From positions 3,744,001 to 3,808,000 of the forward strand of contig OZ220741.1 of NCBI GenBank assembly GCA_965116885.1: a DNA stretch of 64,000 bases. Direction: 5' to 3'. The notes below the pieces were generated by a model. That model did not search any database. It had not been told where the DNA came from and saw only the letters and a program-made list of their open reading frames with translations. Shown one piece after another: positions 9,918 to 20,010 of the stretch. The DNA is from Candidatus Latescibacterota bacterium (GTDB lineage: Bacteria; Latescibacterota; UBA2968). The position numbers and the translations under genes are program-made. Each line of letters starts with the position of its first letter. The stretch's first letter is position 1.

Positions 9918-11078
9918 TCACTGTATTTGTTTCAAATAGGCAAGATGGGTTTGGGCGGCTTTGTTTTGAGGATCAATGGCGAGCATATCGCGGTAGTGTT
10001 GACCAGCTACCGCGATATCGTTTTTTTGTTCGGCAATGATGGCCAAGCCGTGTAGAATGCGGGTATTATTCGGACGCTGTTCTCGAATGTGATGCAGCAG
10101 TATTTCAACATCGTCAATATAGTCGGGATAATGTAGCTGTTCATTATTTTCTTGAGACAATGCCACGAGACTTAGCAACGGATTCACACTGCCTGCAACG
10201 CCGCTACCTCGACGCGGTTTGAGATCAATTTTATCCCCAATTTCGGGAAGGCCGAGAACAATGGCTTCAATCAGGGATTCAACCGCTTCATCTGATCGAT
10301 CCAGTTCAATTAAAACATTTCCTCGATTATAATGCACAGCGAGATTATCGGGAACCAGTTCAGATAGGATGTCGTAAATCCTCAGTTCCTGTTCAGAATT
10401 TTTTGTCTTGGCCAAATATTCAGCTCGATCGTAGAGTTGCTCAATTTTAGTATGATTATTATCTACGATCTCTTGCGCTTGCTTCTCAAATTCTGGATGC
10501 ACCAGCAAGACGAGTTGACCCTTTTGGTCTTGTGAAAACAAGGGTGTTTTGACTGTGTGCGAAATGTCGCCCAATTCCGAAATAATTTTGTTCAAAAACG
10601 CAGGGGATCGCGATTGAAAAATGGGTTTCCAGGTATTGAGATCATACGATACATCAACAGACCAAAATTCGAGAGATAAAAAACGCCTGAGTGTTGACTT
10701 CAATTTTTCTGTGTTATCAAAAAAAAACGACGTTGTGTAACCATCTTCTACATAGTGGTGAACGAGCCATTGACTGAATTCACGCTGAATAACCCAGGCG
10801 TCCTCCAGGCAATTGGTGATCGTGAGAATTGACCAGAGCGGAATATCCAAATGTACTTTTGCAAGTGCTTGATCAATGGTACAGGATGCACCTTCTTCAT
10901 CATTCTGAGCCAGATGGACATCGTCGATAAAGTTTTCTATGGATAATGCGCGTTTTTCTCGTTCACTTTCTGCGATCACGAGAAAAGTCTTCTGGAAATT
11001 ATCACGGTCAATCGTCAGTGTACGCACGAGTTCCCGATCGCTCATCACAGCACACTGTTGTATAATTTGATCATTCAT
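9918..11078 (-). CDS. Hypothetical protein with C-terminal TPR repeats
   Basis: 386-aa ORF; PDNLAVHYNRGNVLIEL and PNNTRILHGLAIIA...IDPQNKAAQTHL are TPR-like. Confidence 0.7.
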   Translation of the reverse strand: MNDQIIQQCAVMSDRELVRTLTIDRDNFQKTFLVIAESEREKRALSIENFIDDVHLAQNDEEGASCTIDQALAKVHLDIPLWSILTITNCLEDAWVIQREFSQWLVHHYVEDGYTTSFFFDNTEKLKSTLRRFLSLEFWSVDVSYDLNTWKPIFQSRSPAFLNKIISELGDISHTVKTPLFSQDQKGQLVLLVHPEFEKQAQEIVDNNHTKIEQLYDRAEYLAKTKNSEQELRIYDILSELVPDNLAVHYNRGNVLIELDRSDEAVESLIEAIVLGLPEIGDKIDLKPRRGSGVAGSVNPLLSLVALSQENNEQLHYPDYIDDVEILLHHIREQRPNNTRILHGLAIIAEQKNDIAVAGQHYRDMLAIDPQNKAAQTHLAYLKQIQ

Positions 11079-11086
11079 GCATAAAT

Positions 11087-11305
11087 TTACCGGTGATATT
11101 CGCGCAAAGACAAACGCTTTCGCGGTCGTTGGATACCACTGGGGTTTTCAGACACACTAACGTCATTGCGCATCTTGCGACCAATCTTGCGAATCAGATG
11201 AACCCCCCACCAGATTAGCGCTCCGATTACAGCCATCACCATCCCAATGCTGCGACCGCTGGCACTTTCCAGACTCTTGAGCAAACTGTTAATCAGATCT
11301 TCCAC
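11087..11305 (-). CDS. Small single-TM hypothetical protein
   Basis: 72 aa, fills the gap between purC and the TPR gene; one hydrophobic helix followed by a basic tail. Confidence 0.55.
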   Translation of the reverse strand: MEDLINSLLKSLESASGRSIGMVMAVIGALIWWGVHLIRKIGRKMRNDVSVSENPSGIQRPRKRLSLREYHR

Positions 11306-11320
11306 TGTTGATCGCTTCTT

Positions 11321-12286
11321 TTAAAAATACGGCGCGATATTGTTTTCGATGCGCTCGAGTATGGGCGTGTCATCCACTTCGGTCTCAAATGGTTCGCCTG
11401 TTACGCGCTCAAACAGGTCGATGTATCGCGCGGAGACCTGTGTGCGGATTTCATCATCTAATTCGGGAATATTGTCGTCGGAAATTCCCTTATCCACGAG
11501 CCAGAGGCGCAAAAATTCTTTGTCCAGGCTTTCGGGTTCTTCGCCGCGCGCATGGAGGCCTTCATAAGAGTCCAGAATCCAGTAGCGCGAGGAGTCGGGC
11601 GTGTGAATCTCATCGGCAACGGTCAGATTGCCCTCCGGGTCCAGACCCATCTCGTATTTTGTATCCACGAGAATCAATCCGCGCTGTGCAGCCAGTTCTG
11701 TGCCGCGTGCGAATAATTCCAGTGCTACTTCCTCGACTTCTGCCCATCTGTCTGCATCGACCAGGCCGCGCTCGACAATTTCCTCTGGCGAGATCGATTC
11801 GTCGTGGTCTTCTGCTTTTGTGGTCGGCGTAATAATCGCTTCCTCAAATTTTTGATTTTTCACCATGCCATCGGGCAAGTCAACGCCGCAAAATTTCCGT
11901 ACACCGTTATTGTAATTTGTCCATACCGAGGTGTCTGTACTGCCGGTCAGGTACCGCCGCACGACGATTTCGACGGGTAACATGTCGAGTTCCCGCGCAA
12001 CTGTCACATTGGGATCCGGTACGTCGAGCACCTGATTGGGCACGATATCTGCGGTCTGATCAAACCAGTATTTTGCGGTTTTGTTCAAGACCTGTCCTTT
12101 CAGAGGGATCGCACCGAGTACATGGTCAAACGCGCTTTGGCGGTCTGTGGTAATCAAGATGCGCTTGTCTTCGAGCAGATAGATGTCCCGCACTTTCCCC
12201 TTCTGGTAATGATTCGCCCAGCGGTCAAATTTTGCTTCCAGCAAACAGTTATTCAGTTGTGAACGGATTTGTGCTTGAGAGATCAT
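11321..12286 (-). CDS. purC: SAICAR synthetase
   Basis: GKVRDIY, TDRQSAFD, PVEIVVRRYLTGS, TPTTKA, LVDTKYE, DEIHTPDSSRYW, SLDKEFLR; AGGAG RBS before ATG at 12286. Confidence 0.95.
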   Translation of the reverse strand: MISQAQIRSQLNNCLLEAKFDRWANHYQKGKVRDIYLLEDKRILITTDRQSAFDHVLGAIPLKGQVLNKTAKYWFDQTADIVPNQVLDVPDPNVTVARELDMLPVEIVVRRYLTGSTDTSVWTNYNNGVRKFCGVDLPDGMVKNQKFEEAIITPTTKAEDHDESISPEEIVERGLVDADRWAEVEEVALELFARGTELAAQRGLILVDTKYEMGLDPEGNLTVADEIHTPDSSRYWILDSYEGLHARGEEPESLDKEFLRLWLVDKGISDDNIPELDDEIRTQVSARYIDLFERVTGEPFETEVDDTPILERIENNIAPYF

Positions 12287-12320
12287 GAATACACTCCTTA
12301 AAAAAATATTTATGGTTGCT

Positions 12321-14309
12321 TTAAGCTGCACGGAAATGTACGGCGTGGCCCCTTTCTGGGAACCAGATTATATCCAGCATCATTGAGAGAGCTACGCCCA
12401 GGACATAGCCGACGAGCAAACCGATGAAAAAGGGACGCGATTTGTGATAGACAGAGGGGCCGCCCACTTTGAGCATGACCAGCTTAATCAGCCAGGCGAT
12501 AAATAATGTGAAGCTGCTGGCGCGAATCAAGGGCGTTCCAGAAAGCGCGAGGCCCACCGGGTGCAGGGGCCACCACACAAACCGATGGCGCATGAAAATG
12601 AGACCGATCATCGCCAGACCGCCTATGCCGAAAAAGACCAGATTTTCGGGGTTATCCACGTAAAAGGGCGGATTGTCGGCATTCTTAACCGCGTTGGCGG
12701 AATTCCTAAAATAATTGCGCGCACTTCTGGGAATCTCTTGGACATTAAAATTAAACGCGCCTTCGTTGTAGCCCAGGTTCAAAGTGAGAAAAATGCTCGT
12801 TACAAAACTCACTGCAAAAGCCATATAAAGCGCGGCTATCAACTTGCGGCGGTTATCGGTTATGCCTTCGGACAACTTGCCTACCTGGGCGGTAGCCGGC
12901 AAAAACAAGCCCTTGGCATTTCCCGTAATCAAATTGGCAAACCGAAATGCCACATGCGTAGTGGATGGAATCCCGACATTGCCGAAAAAGGGCGCCACGT
13001 AATTCCATGCAATCCCCGGTATCTGCGTGTAGGGCATGCCCGTATCTGACAGAATTTTCGCCATTCCGATATATCCACACACACACGCCATCAGCAGCAG
13101 GGCACTGATGATGGGGTCCATGTTCATCTGCATCATCCAGATAAACAAAAACGCGAGGCCCGCAACCACGCCAACCACGGCTGCGCGATAGGATAATAGC
13201 TCATCGCGGTCATCTATGCTGTCGTCTTTGCCCAGGGCTTTCATTATCACATCTCGCAAATGTAGTCGCGCCACCCAGAACATCGAAATCACCAGTACGA
13301 CGAACGCGCCGCGCGTCTGCCATTGGTACACGCCGCGATAGGCAACGGGAACCATGGATTTATATCCCAATTTGTTGAGCCAGCCACCTTCGACAATGAA
13401 GAGGAGATCGAATATCCATAAACTGAGCAGCACATCGAGGCTGGCAAAATAGGAGAAGAAGATGGAAAACAAGCCCACCGATGCCCGTATGCGCGGAAAC
13501 TGTGGATCGATGATATGCCATCTTCCCCCGTGGATGGGGAAGCGCGGGAAATTTGGCAAGAAATAATTGATACAATTCCAGGCGATCATGCCAAATGCCA
13601 GGATGAATCCAACCCAGAACAGGCGGTTGTACATAAAGCCCGGCAATACGCGTTTGTCGCCTCCCGGTTCGGACATCATATTGATCAGGGGCGCCATGGC
13701 CGGATATGCCAGGCGTTCGTTTTGCACCCACTGTTTTCTAAAAATGACGCCTATACAGGTCAGTACCACAAATGCAGCCGTAAAAGCCATAAACCACCAG
13801 AACAGCGGCAGCACCCATATATCCCAGGGGATAGGCGCGCCTTCGGGACGGCCTTCAAAAAACCACGCGATTCCATTGCCATCATTGGTGGGGATTAAAA
13901 ATTCGGGCAGATGTGGATGTAGCAATTCGGCCCAGTTGTTGTCTTCGGTCGCATAAAAATAAGGTGCGGAAATATATCCGATCAAAAAGCCCGTACTGCC
14001 CCAGATCGGCATGGTTGCACCCACGAGACCCATCGACAAAATGGTGTGCCATTCCCCGGACTGAAGAGAGAATCGCGCAAGCCTGCCTATCACTGCTATT
14101 GCGATGAGCATGGTAATAAATACGATGAGCATGGCCATTGGAATATGCGAGAGCACCATGCGCGAGCCGTGATAATAAAATCGCACATAGACCGCAATCA
14201 CATCCAGTAGTACCACCAGGAGCAACCCCAAACCGATGGCCCGCGGCGTAATACCCCCGCGAGGGGATTGTTCGGCTTCGCGGCCAATATTTGGTACTTG
14301 TGTTGCCAT
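12321..14309 (-). CDS. Large polytopic membrane protein (DUF6785/DUF6784-like putative transporter)
   Basis: 662 aa, many TM segments, KQWVQNERLAYP and WWPLHPVG motifs; paralog at 62287. Confidence 0.7.
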   Translation of the reverse strand: MATQVPNIGREAEQSPRGGITPRAIGLGLLLVVLLDVIAVYVRFYYHGSRMVLSHIPMAMLIVFITMLIAIAVIGRLARFSLQSGEWHTILSMGLVGATMPIWGSTGFLIGYISAPYFYATEDNNWAELLHPHLPEFLIPTNDGNGIAWFFEGRPEGAPIPWDIWVLPLFWWFMAFTAAFVVLTCIGVIFRKQWVQNERLAYPAMAPLINMMSEPGGDKRVLPGFMYNRLFWVGFILAFGMIAWNCINYFLPNFPRFPIHGGRWHIIDPQFPRIRASVGLFSIFFSYFASLDVLLSLWIFDLLFIVEGGWLNKLGYKSMVPVAYRGVYQWQTRGAFVVLVISMFWVARLHLRDVIMKALGKDDSIDDRDELLSYRAAVVGVVAGLAFLFIWMMQMNMDPIISALLLMACVCGYIGMAKILSDTGMPYTQIPGIAWNYVAPFFGNVGIPSTTHVAFRFANLITGNAKGLFLPATAQVGKLSEGITDNRRKLIAALYMAFAVSFVTSIFLTLNLGYNEGAFNFNVQEIPRSARNYFRNSANAVKNADNPPFYVDNPENLVFFGIGGLAMIGLIFMRHRFVWWPLHPVGLALSGTPLIRASSFTLFIAWLIKLVMLKVGGPSVYHKSRPFFIGLLVGYVLGVALSMMLDIIWFPERGHAVHFRAA

Positions 14310-14336
14310 TCTCAGTTTTCCTCAAAAAATACGTAC

Positions 14337-15071
14337 CTACAGTGCGTGCCCGCGCAAAACCTCGCGGCATTGTCCCTCGCTATTGCCCGTCACATTATAG
14401 GCAAAGGTATTCATGCGGCGGTCTCGATGCGATGTGTTTGGTCCCGATCCGTGGATGGTCAAGGCACTGAAAAATACCCCATCGCCCGGTTCCATCGGAA
14501 CGGGTACCGCGTCTTCTCGCTCGCGATAGTGCCCCGGCAAAAATACGCCAAAACTCGTTTGTGCGCGTTCGTGTTCTTGCAGGCCCCATTTGTGGCTGCC
14601 GGGGATGAACTGAATACAACCATTTTCGTCATCTGTCCCGTCAATGGCGAGTTGGCAGTTTACCATCAAGGGCCGATTGTCTTCGCGTTTCCAATACGCG
14701 TAATCCTGATGCCAGGGTATTGCCGTTCCATCGCGTGCGGCTTTCATCAATAGCTTGCTGTGATACAGTGAGACATTCGGCCCAATCAGTGACTCAATAA
14801 TATCCAACATATCATTGCAGCGCAATGCGCGATTTAATCCCTCGCTGATTACTTCGCTGTGCATCAGCTGTCGGATGCGCCTGGGCAGGTGTTCATCCTC
14901 AAATTCTTCCCATGAGATCCCGACGCCGTCGTGTGCGTTTTCTGCCATTCGCTTGTGCAAGCCCGCAATTTCGCATTCGATATGGGAAATCTCTCCGGAG
15001 GTGATCAATCCCTTTTTCAACACATATCCATTCTGGTCGTAGAATTTTTGTTCTGCATCCGTTAGCCCCAT
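14337..15071 (-). CDS. Phytanoyl-CoA dioxygenase (PhyH) family Fe(II)/2OG enzyme
   Basis: WHQD, IPGSH, HGSGPN..R; AAGGAG RBS before ATG at 15071. Confidence 0.85.
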   Translation of the reverse strand: MGLTDAEQKFYDQNGYVLKKGLITSGEISHIECEIAGLHKRMAENAHDGVGISWEEFEDEHLPRRIRQLMHSEVISEGLNRALRCNDMLDIIESLIGPNVSLYHSKLLMKAARDGTAIPWHQDYAYWKREDNRPLMVNCQLAIDGTDDENGCIQFIPGSHKWGLQEHERAQTSFGVFLPGHYREREDAVPVPMEPGDGVFFSALTIHGSGPNTSHRDRRMNTFAYNVTGNSEGQCREVLRGHAL

Positions 15072-15178
15072 TGGACACTCCTTTGTAAGCATCTAATTTA
15101 CAAATTATGACACGCTCTTGCAAAATCATTTATATTGTATAGCGTGCAAATTAGAAATAGGGAACAGAAATAGAGAGG

Positions 15179-15206
15179 TTGACGTCTTAAATTGATGCGT
15201 TATAAT
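15179..15206 (+). promoter_or_regulatory. Sigma70-like promoter of the large operon
   Basis: TTGACG-16 nt-TATAAT, about 65 nt upstream of the 15270 start. Confidence 0.6.
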
Positions 15207-15269
15207 TATTTTTAGAGAAAAACCGCCCTTTTTTCACCGCCCAATTGGGCATTAAAATAAGGAAAACCG

Positions 15270-17423
15270 ATGAATATACGTACTATTTTTGCTTTGTTGT
15301 TTTGTAATTCCCTTTTGGGAAGTATTTCCGAGGCGTCTGATTGGACGCACTGGCGTGGTCCTATGCAAAATGGTGCTTCGCCAGAGACGGGGCTTATCTC
15401 TACATGGTCTCTGGAGGGCGAAAATCTGATCTGGCATCGCGAGTTTATCGGCAGATCGACACCGATTATTGTAAATGGTCGGGTCTATGTTATCGGGCGA
15501 ACCGGCAAAGACATAACCGAGCAGGAGCACATCGCGTGTTTTGATGCGGAAACGGGCGACCTTATTTGGGAAAAAAAGTTCAATGTCTGGCACTCAACCA
15601 TAACCTTCAATCGTTTGGGATGGTCAAGCCTGGGGGCCGATGGCGAGACCGGTAATATTTACGCCCATCTCGTCAGTGGGTTATTGCTCTGTTTTGATAC
15701 CGATGGCTATGTCCAATGGCAGCGGTCTCTAACCGAAGAATTTAACCGATTCTCCGGTTATGGCGGACGGTTGCACACACCCGTTGTCGATGGCGATCTG
15801 GTCATCATCAGCATGGGCAATCGCGGATGGGCTGGCGCACCGCCTTCTCATCGGTATGTTGCCTTTAATAAACACACGGGTGAAACCGCGTGGATGGCTC
15901 GTCCGGGAGGCGGTGGACAGGTTGATTTAACCGTTTACTCGACGCCTGTTGTCACGACAATCGACGGGCAGCGCGTGTTGATTGCCGGTAATGGCAATGG
16001 CGGCATTTTTGCCTTTAAAGTCGCAACGGGCGAAAAAGTATGGGGTTTTCCATTCAGTAAGCGCGGCATCAATACCTCGCCTGTCGTGGCTGATAATCGC
16101 GTTTATGTCGCACATAGCGAAGAAAATGTCGATAATACCTCTCTTGGTCGCGTTGCGTGTTTGGATGCGCGCACGGGCAAAGAAATCTGGCGACAAGACG
16201 GTATGACAGCGGGATATGCCTCGCCAGCGGTTCACGCGGGGCGCGTCTATGTTATAGATAATTCGGCCAATGTGCATTGTTTGGACGCCAGGACGGGAAA
16301 GCAATATTGGGAGCAAAATATCGGCACTGTGGGCAAGGGATCGCCGACATGGGCCGATGGCAAACTCTATGTTACTGAAGTCAATGGCGGCTTCCAGATT
16401 CTCAAAACGAACAATATGGATGCGGAAGTGCTCGACAAAAAGAAAATCGCTATGCCCGAAGGTGGGCATGCCGAGATCTACGGGTCTGTCGCAGTTGCGT
16501 ATCGCCGCATCTATTTTGCGACCGAAGCCGGGTTGTTTTGCCTGGGCGATAAAAACGCGCGATTTGAAGTCACATCTTCTCCTCATACAAAGCACGAAAG
16601 CGCGCCTTCGGGTGCCGAACCCGCATCTATTCTTTCGATTCCGGCTGAGGCGACCATACAACAGGGCGAGGTATTGCCCCTGCGGGCAGAGGCTTATGAC
16701 GAAAAGGGGCGCTTGATCGGCAATGCCGACGTTGAATGGTCATTGAGCGGCCTGGATGGAGAGGTGAAGAACAACCAGTTTGTACCATCCAGAGCGGGGG
16801 GGGGCTGGATCACGGCCAAACTGGGGGAATTAACCCGACAAACCTGGGTGCGCGTGGTGCCCGATGTGCCCTGGACAGAGGATTTTGAAAATGTTGAAGT
16901 CGGCACAAATCCACTGCACTGGGTGTGGGGGGGCAGGGGTTTCGTGGTGGAGGAAAAAGATGGCAATAAGGTGCTGACAAAACCACCGGCTGCACGCGGT
17001 TTAGACCGTTCAAATCTCTATGTGGCGCCGTACAAACTCAGTGGTTATACTATTCAGGCCGATCTGATGGGTACGCAAAACAAGCGGCGACGTCCCGATA
17101 TGGGGCTTGTCGCGCATCGTTATATCCTCGACCTTCAGGGCATTCACCAGCGCCTTGAAGTGCGGTCGTGGTCGTCGGATTTGCGCATGGCAAAACGCAT
17201 TGATTTCCACTGGGATATGGGGGTGTGGTACACCATGAAAATGAGAGTTGATATCGAAGGCGGCAAAGCCATCGTCCGGGGCAAAGTTTGGGAAAAAGGC
17301 GATCCCGAACCCGATGTGTGGAGTATCGAAGTTGAGGATCCCCTGCCGATAGAAGAGGGTAGCCCCGCGCTTTACGGCTATTCACCCGCCACGATTTACT
17401 ACGATAATGTGAAAGTGTGGTAA
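15270..17423 (+). CDS. Exported PQQ-like beta-propeller protein with C-terminal Ig-like and beta-sandwich domains
   Basis: Signal peptide, DWTHWRGP, repeated (C/A)xDxxTGxxxW tryptophan-docking motifs, about 270-aa C-terminal extension. Confidence 0.8.
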   Translation: MNIRTIFALLFCNSLLGSISEASDWTHWRGPMQNGASPETGLISTWSLEGENLIWHREFIGRSTPIIVNGRVYVIGRTGKDITEQEHIACFDAETGDLIWEKKFNVWHSTITFNRLGWSSLGADGETGNIYAHLVSGLLLCFDTDGYVQWQRSLTEEFNRFSGYGGRLHTPVVDGDLVIISMGNRGWAGAPPSHRYVAFNKHTGETAWMARPGGGGQVDLTVYSTPVVTTIDGQRVLIAGNGNGGIFAFKVATGEKVWGFPFSKRGINTSPVVADNRVYVAHSEENVDNTSLGRVACLDARTGKEIWRQDGMTAGYASPAVHAGRVYVIDNSANVHCLDARTGKQYWEQNIGTVGKGSPTWADGKLYVTEVNGGFQILKTNNMDAEVLDKKKIAMPEGGHAEIYGSVAVAYRRIYFATEAGLFCLGDKNARFEVTSSPHTKHESAPSGAEPASILSIPAEATIQQGEVLPLRAEAYDEKGRLIGNADVEWSLSGLDGEVKNNQFVPSRAGGGWITAKLGELTRQTWVRVVPDVPWTEDFENVEVGTNPLHWVWGGRGFVVEEKDGNKVLTKPPAARGLDRSNLYVAPYKLSGYTIQADLMGTQNKRRRPDMGLVAHRYILDLQGIHQRLEVRSWSSDLRMAKRIDFHWDMGVWYTMKMRVDIEGGKAIVRGKVWEKGDPEPDVWSIEVEDPLPIEEGSPALYGYSPATIYYDNVKVW

Positions 17424-17455
17424 TCTTTATAACCCCTTACAGATAAAGGAATAAA

Positions 17456-18883
17456 ATGAAATTGAAACGACTTTTTAGCGGATGTGTCATCGTTGGTTTA
17501 ATCGTATCGACTGGTATTGCCGAAGAGGTTATGTGGGGATTTACCCCGGATCGCAATCTCGTGTCAGACGCAAAGAATTTGCCGATGAACTGGAATGTAG
17601 AAACGGGTGAAAATATCGCCTGGAAAGCAGATCTCGGTTCGCAGTCCTACGCCGGTCCCATCAGGATTGGTGGGAAAATATTCATGGGTACAAATAACCA
17701 GATTGAGCGCAATCCCAAAATTACGGGTGACAAGGGCGTGATCATGGCTTTTCGGGAATCCGATGGAAAATTTCTCTGGCAAGCAGCGCATCCCAAGCTG
17801 CCCGCGGGGCGCGTCAATGACTGGCCACAACAGGGCATTTGCTCCACGCCTTATATTCGCGGAGATCGGATGTATTATATCTCGAATCAATGTCGCGTGG
17901 TGTGCGCAGATACAGAGGGTTTTTTGGATGGGGAAAATGACGGTCCATACACCGGGGAAGAGGATACGAGCGACATCGGTGTGGATATTATCTGGGAATA
18001 CGACATGATGGAAGAACTGGATGTGTTCCCTCACAATCTGGCGACCTGTTCGCCCGTGGGAGCGGGCAATCTCCTGTTTGTCATCACCGCCAATGGTGTT
18101 GACGAAGGTCACATCGCCATCCCTTCGCCTTTATCGCCCAGCTTTATTGCGGTCGATCTCAATACGGGGGAACTGGTATGGGAAAAAGCCTATCCGGGTG
18201 AAAGTATCTTGCACGGGCAGTGGTCCAATCCCGCTTATGGCGTTATCAATGGCAAGCCGCAGGTGATCTGCCCCGGGGGCGATGGCTGGGTTTATTCAGT
18301 GGAACCCGAGACCGGCGACCTGATCTGGAAATTTGACTGCAATCCAAAAGACGCTGTGTGGGAGTTGGGTGGGCGCGGCACGCGCAATGCGATTATTTCT
18401 ACCCCTGTTATTTACGATAACAAGGTTTTTATCGGTGTTGGGCAAGATCCGGAGCACGGCGAGGGTATTGGTCATTTGTGGGCTATTGACGCGACGGGTA
18501 CAGGAGATGTGACGGGAAGCCATGCGGTGTGGCACTTTGGCAATGAAAATTACAACCGTACCATTTCAACGGTGGGCATCAGCGATGGCCTGCTCTATGC
18601 GGCAGACCTGAGTGGGTTTGTCTATTGTCTCGATCTAAAAACCGGCACACAGCACTGGAAATACGATACATTTGCCGCGATATGGGGATCGCCTTTTGTG
18701 GCTGATGGGAAGGTGTATATCGGCGATGAAGATGGCGATGTGGCGATTTTGAAAGCTGGAACCCAATTTGAATTGATCAACGAAATCAATATGGGCAGCG
18801 CCGTATATACCACGCCTATTGCAAAAGATGGCATGCTCTATATTGGCACGCGCAATACGCTGTATGCGATTAAGGGCAAATAG
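17456..18883 (+). CDS. Exported PQQ-like beta-propeller protein
   Basis: Signal peptide; AFRESDGKFLW, AVDLNTGELVW, CLDLKTGTQHW repeats. Confidence 0.8.
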   Translation: MKLKRLFSGCVIVGLIVSTGIAEEVMWGFTPDRNLVSDAKNLPMNWNVETGENIAWKADLGSQSYAGPIRIGGKIFMGTNNQIERNPKITGDKGVIMAFRESDGKFLWQAAHPKLPAGRVNDWPQQGICSTPYIRGDRMYYISNQCRVVCADTEGFLDGENDGPYTGEEDTSDIGVDIIWEYDMMEELDVFPHNLATCSPVGAGNLLFVITANGVDEGHIAIPSPLSPSFIAVDLNTGELVWEKAYPGESILHGQWSNPAYGVINGKPQVICPGGDGWVYSVEPETGDLIWKFDCNPKDAVWELGGRGTRNAIISTPVIYDNKVFIGVGQDPEHGEGIGHLWAIDATGTGDVTGSHAVWHFGNENYNRTISTVGISDGLLYAADLSGFVYCLDLKTGTQHWKYDTFAAIWGSPFVADGKVYIGDEDGDVAILKAGTQFELINEINMGSAVYTTPIAKDGMLYIGTRNTLYAIKGK

Positions 18884-18899
18884 AAGAGGTCATTACAAT

Positions 18900-19988
18900 A
18901 TGGAAGTGTTGGCAACATCTTTTGCTGATAAGATCAAAGATGCGCGCGATACCCTCGATGCCCATGTGCGGGATATGGTCGCGTGGCATTTTAATCCCAG
19001 TACGGGATGTCCGTTCTGGCTGGAATTTGCAGCGGAACTGGATTTTGATCCTCGGCGGGAGATCGGTGGATACAGTGACTTGAAATACCTGGGACATTTC
19101 CAGGACGAATGGCTGCGCGGCGGTCCCGTGCGGCGATGGATCCCGCGGGGGAGTGAGGGACAGCGGACCTATGTATTTGAGACAGGCGGCTCAACTGGGG
19201 TTCCCAAATATCGGATCAGCCAAAACGATTTTCAGATCGACTACGAAATGTTCAGCGAGCACCTTTCTGAAGAAACATTTCCAAAGGGAGCGGACTGGTT
19301 GATGTTGGGGCCAACAGGTCCCCGGCGATTGCGTCTGGCTGTCGAATATCTCTGTCAGATTCGCGGTGGGATTTGCTTTCTCGTGGATCTCGATCCGCGA
19401 TGGGTCAACAAGCTGATCAAGCGCGGCGCGCTTCAGGAACTGGAACTCTACAAAGCGCATGTTATCGATCAGGCGCTCACTATTTTGCGCGCGAATGACA
19501 ATGTGAAGTGCATGTTCACGACTCCCAAGCTTCTCGAAGAATTGTGCGAAAAAATTTCTCTTCAAAAAGCCGGGATTAGCGGCATTTTCTGTGGCGGAAC
19601 TGAGATGAATGCACAATTCAATCGCTTTGCGCGAGAAGAGCTTATCCCGGGTGTTGATTTTGTTCCTACCTACGGCAATACCCTGATGGGACTGGCGTAT
19701 TCCAAACCGCTCGAACCCGGAGACAATTACGCGATTACTTATTATCCACCCGTGCCCCGCGCGTTTATCGAACTGGTGAATCCAAATAATCCCGATGAAG
19801 AAGTCGGTTATGACGAAGTCGGGCGCGTGATGCTGACGACGCTTACGAAAGAATTTTTTATGCCCCGCTTTCTCGAACGCGATGAGGCCGAACGCGCCAA
19901 ACCGATTGAAGCCTATCCCTGGGATGGCGTGAGAAATTTGGGTCTGTTCTCCGAGTTGCAGGAATCAGTCGTCGTTGGGGTGTATTAA
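18900..19988 (+). CDS. GriC/EhpF-like truncated ANL adenylating enzyme (arylcarboxylate reductase component)
   Basis: WHF.P.TG.PFW N-terminus, ETGGSTGVPK P-loop, DLDPRW, YGNT, ERD; only 362 aa, so it lacks the ANL C-terminal subdomain. Confidence 0.7.
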   Translation: MEVLATSFADKIKDARDTLDAHVRDMVAWHFNPSTGCPFWLEFAAELDFDPRREIGGYSDLKYLGHFQDEWLRGGPVRRWIPRGSEGQRTYVFETGGSTGVPKYRISQNDFQIDYEMFSEHLSEETFPKGADWLMLGPTGPRRLRLAVEYLCQIRGGICFLVDLDPRWVNKLIKRGALQELELYKAHVIDQALTILRANDNVKCMFTTPKLLEELCEKISLQKAGISGIFCGGTEMNAQFNRFAREELIPGVDFVPTYGNTLMGLAYSKPLEPGDNYAITYYPPVPRAFIELVNPNNPDEEVGYDEVGRVMLTTLTKEFFMPRFLERDEAERAKPIEAYPWDGVRNLGLFSELQESVVVGVY

Positions 19989-20010
19989 ATTGGGTGGATC
20001 GTTTATCCTG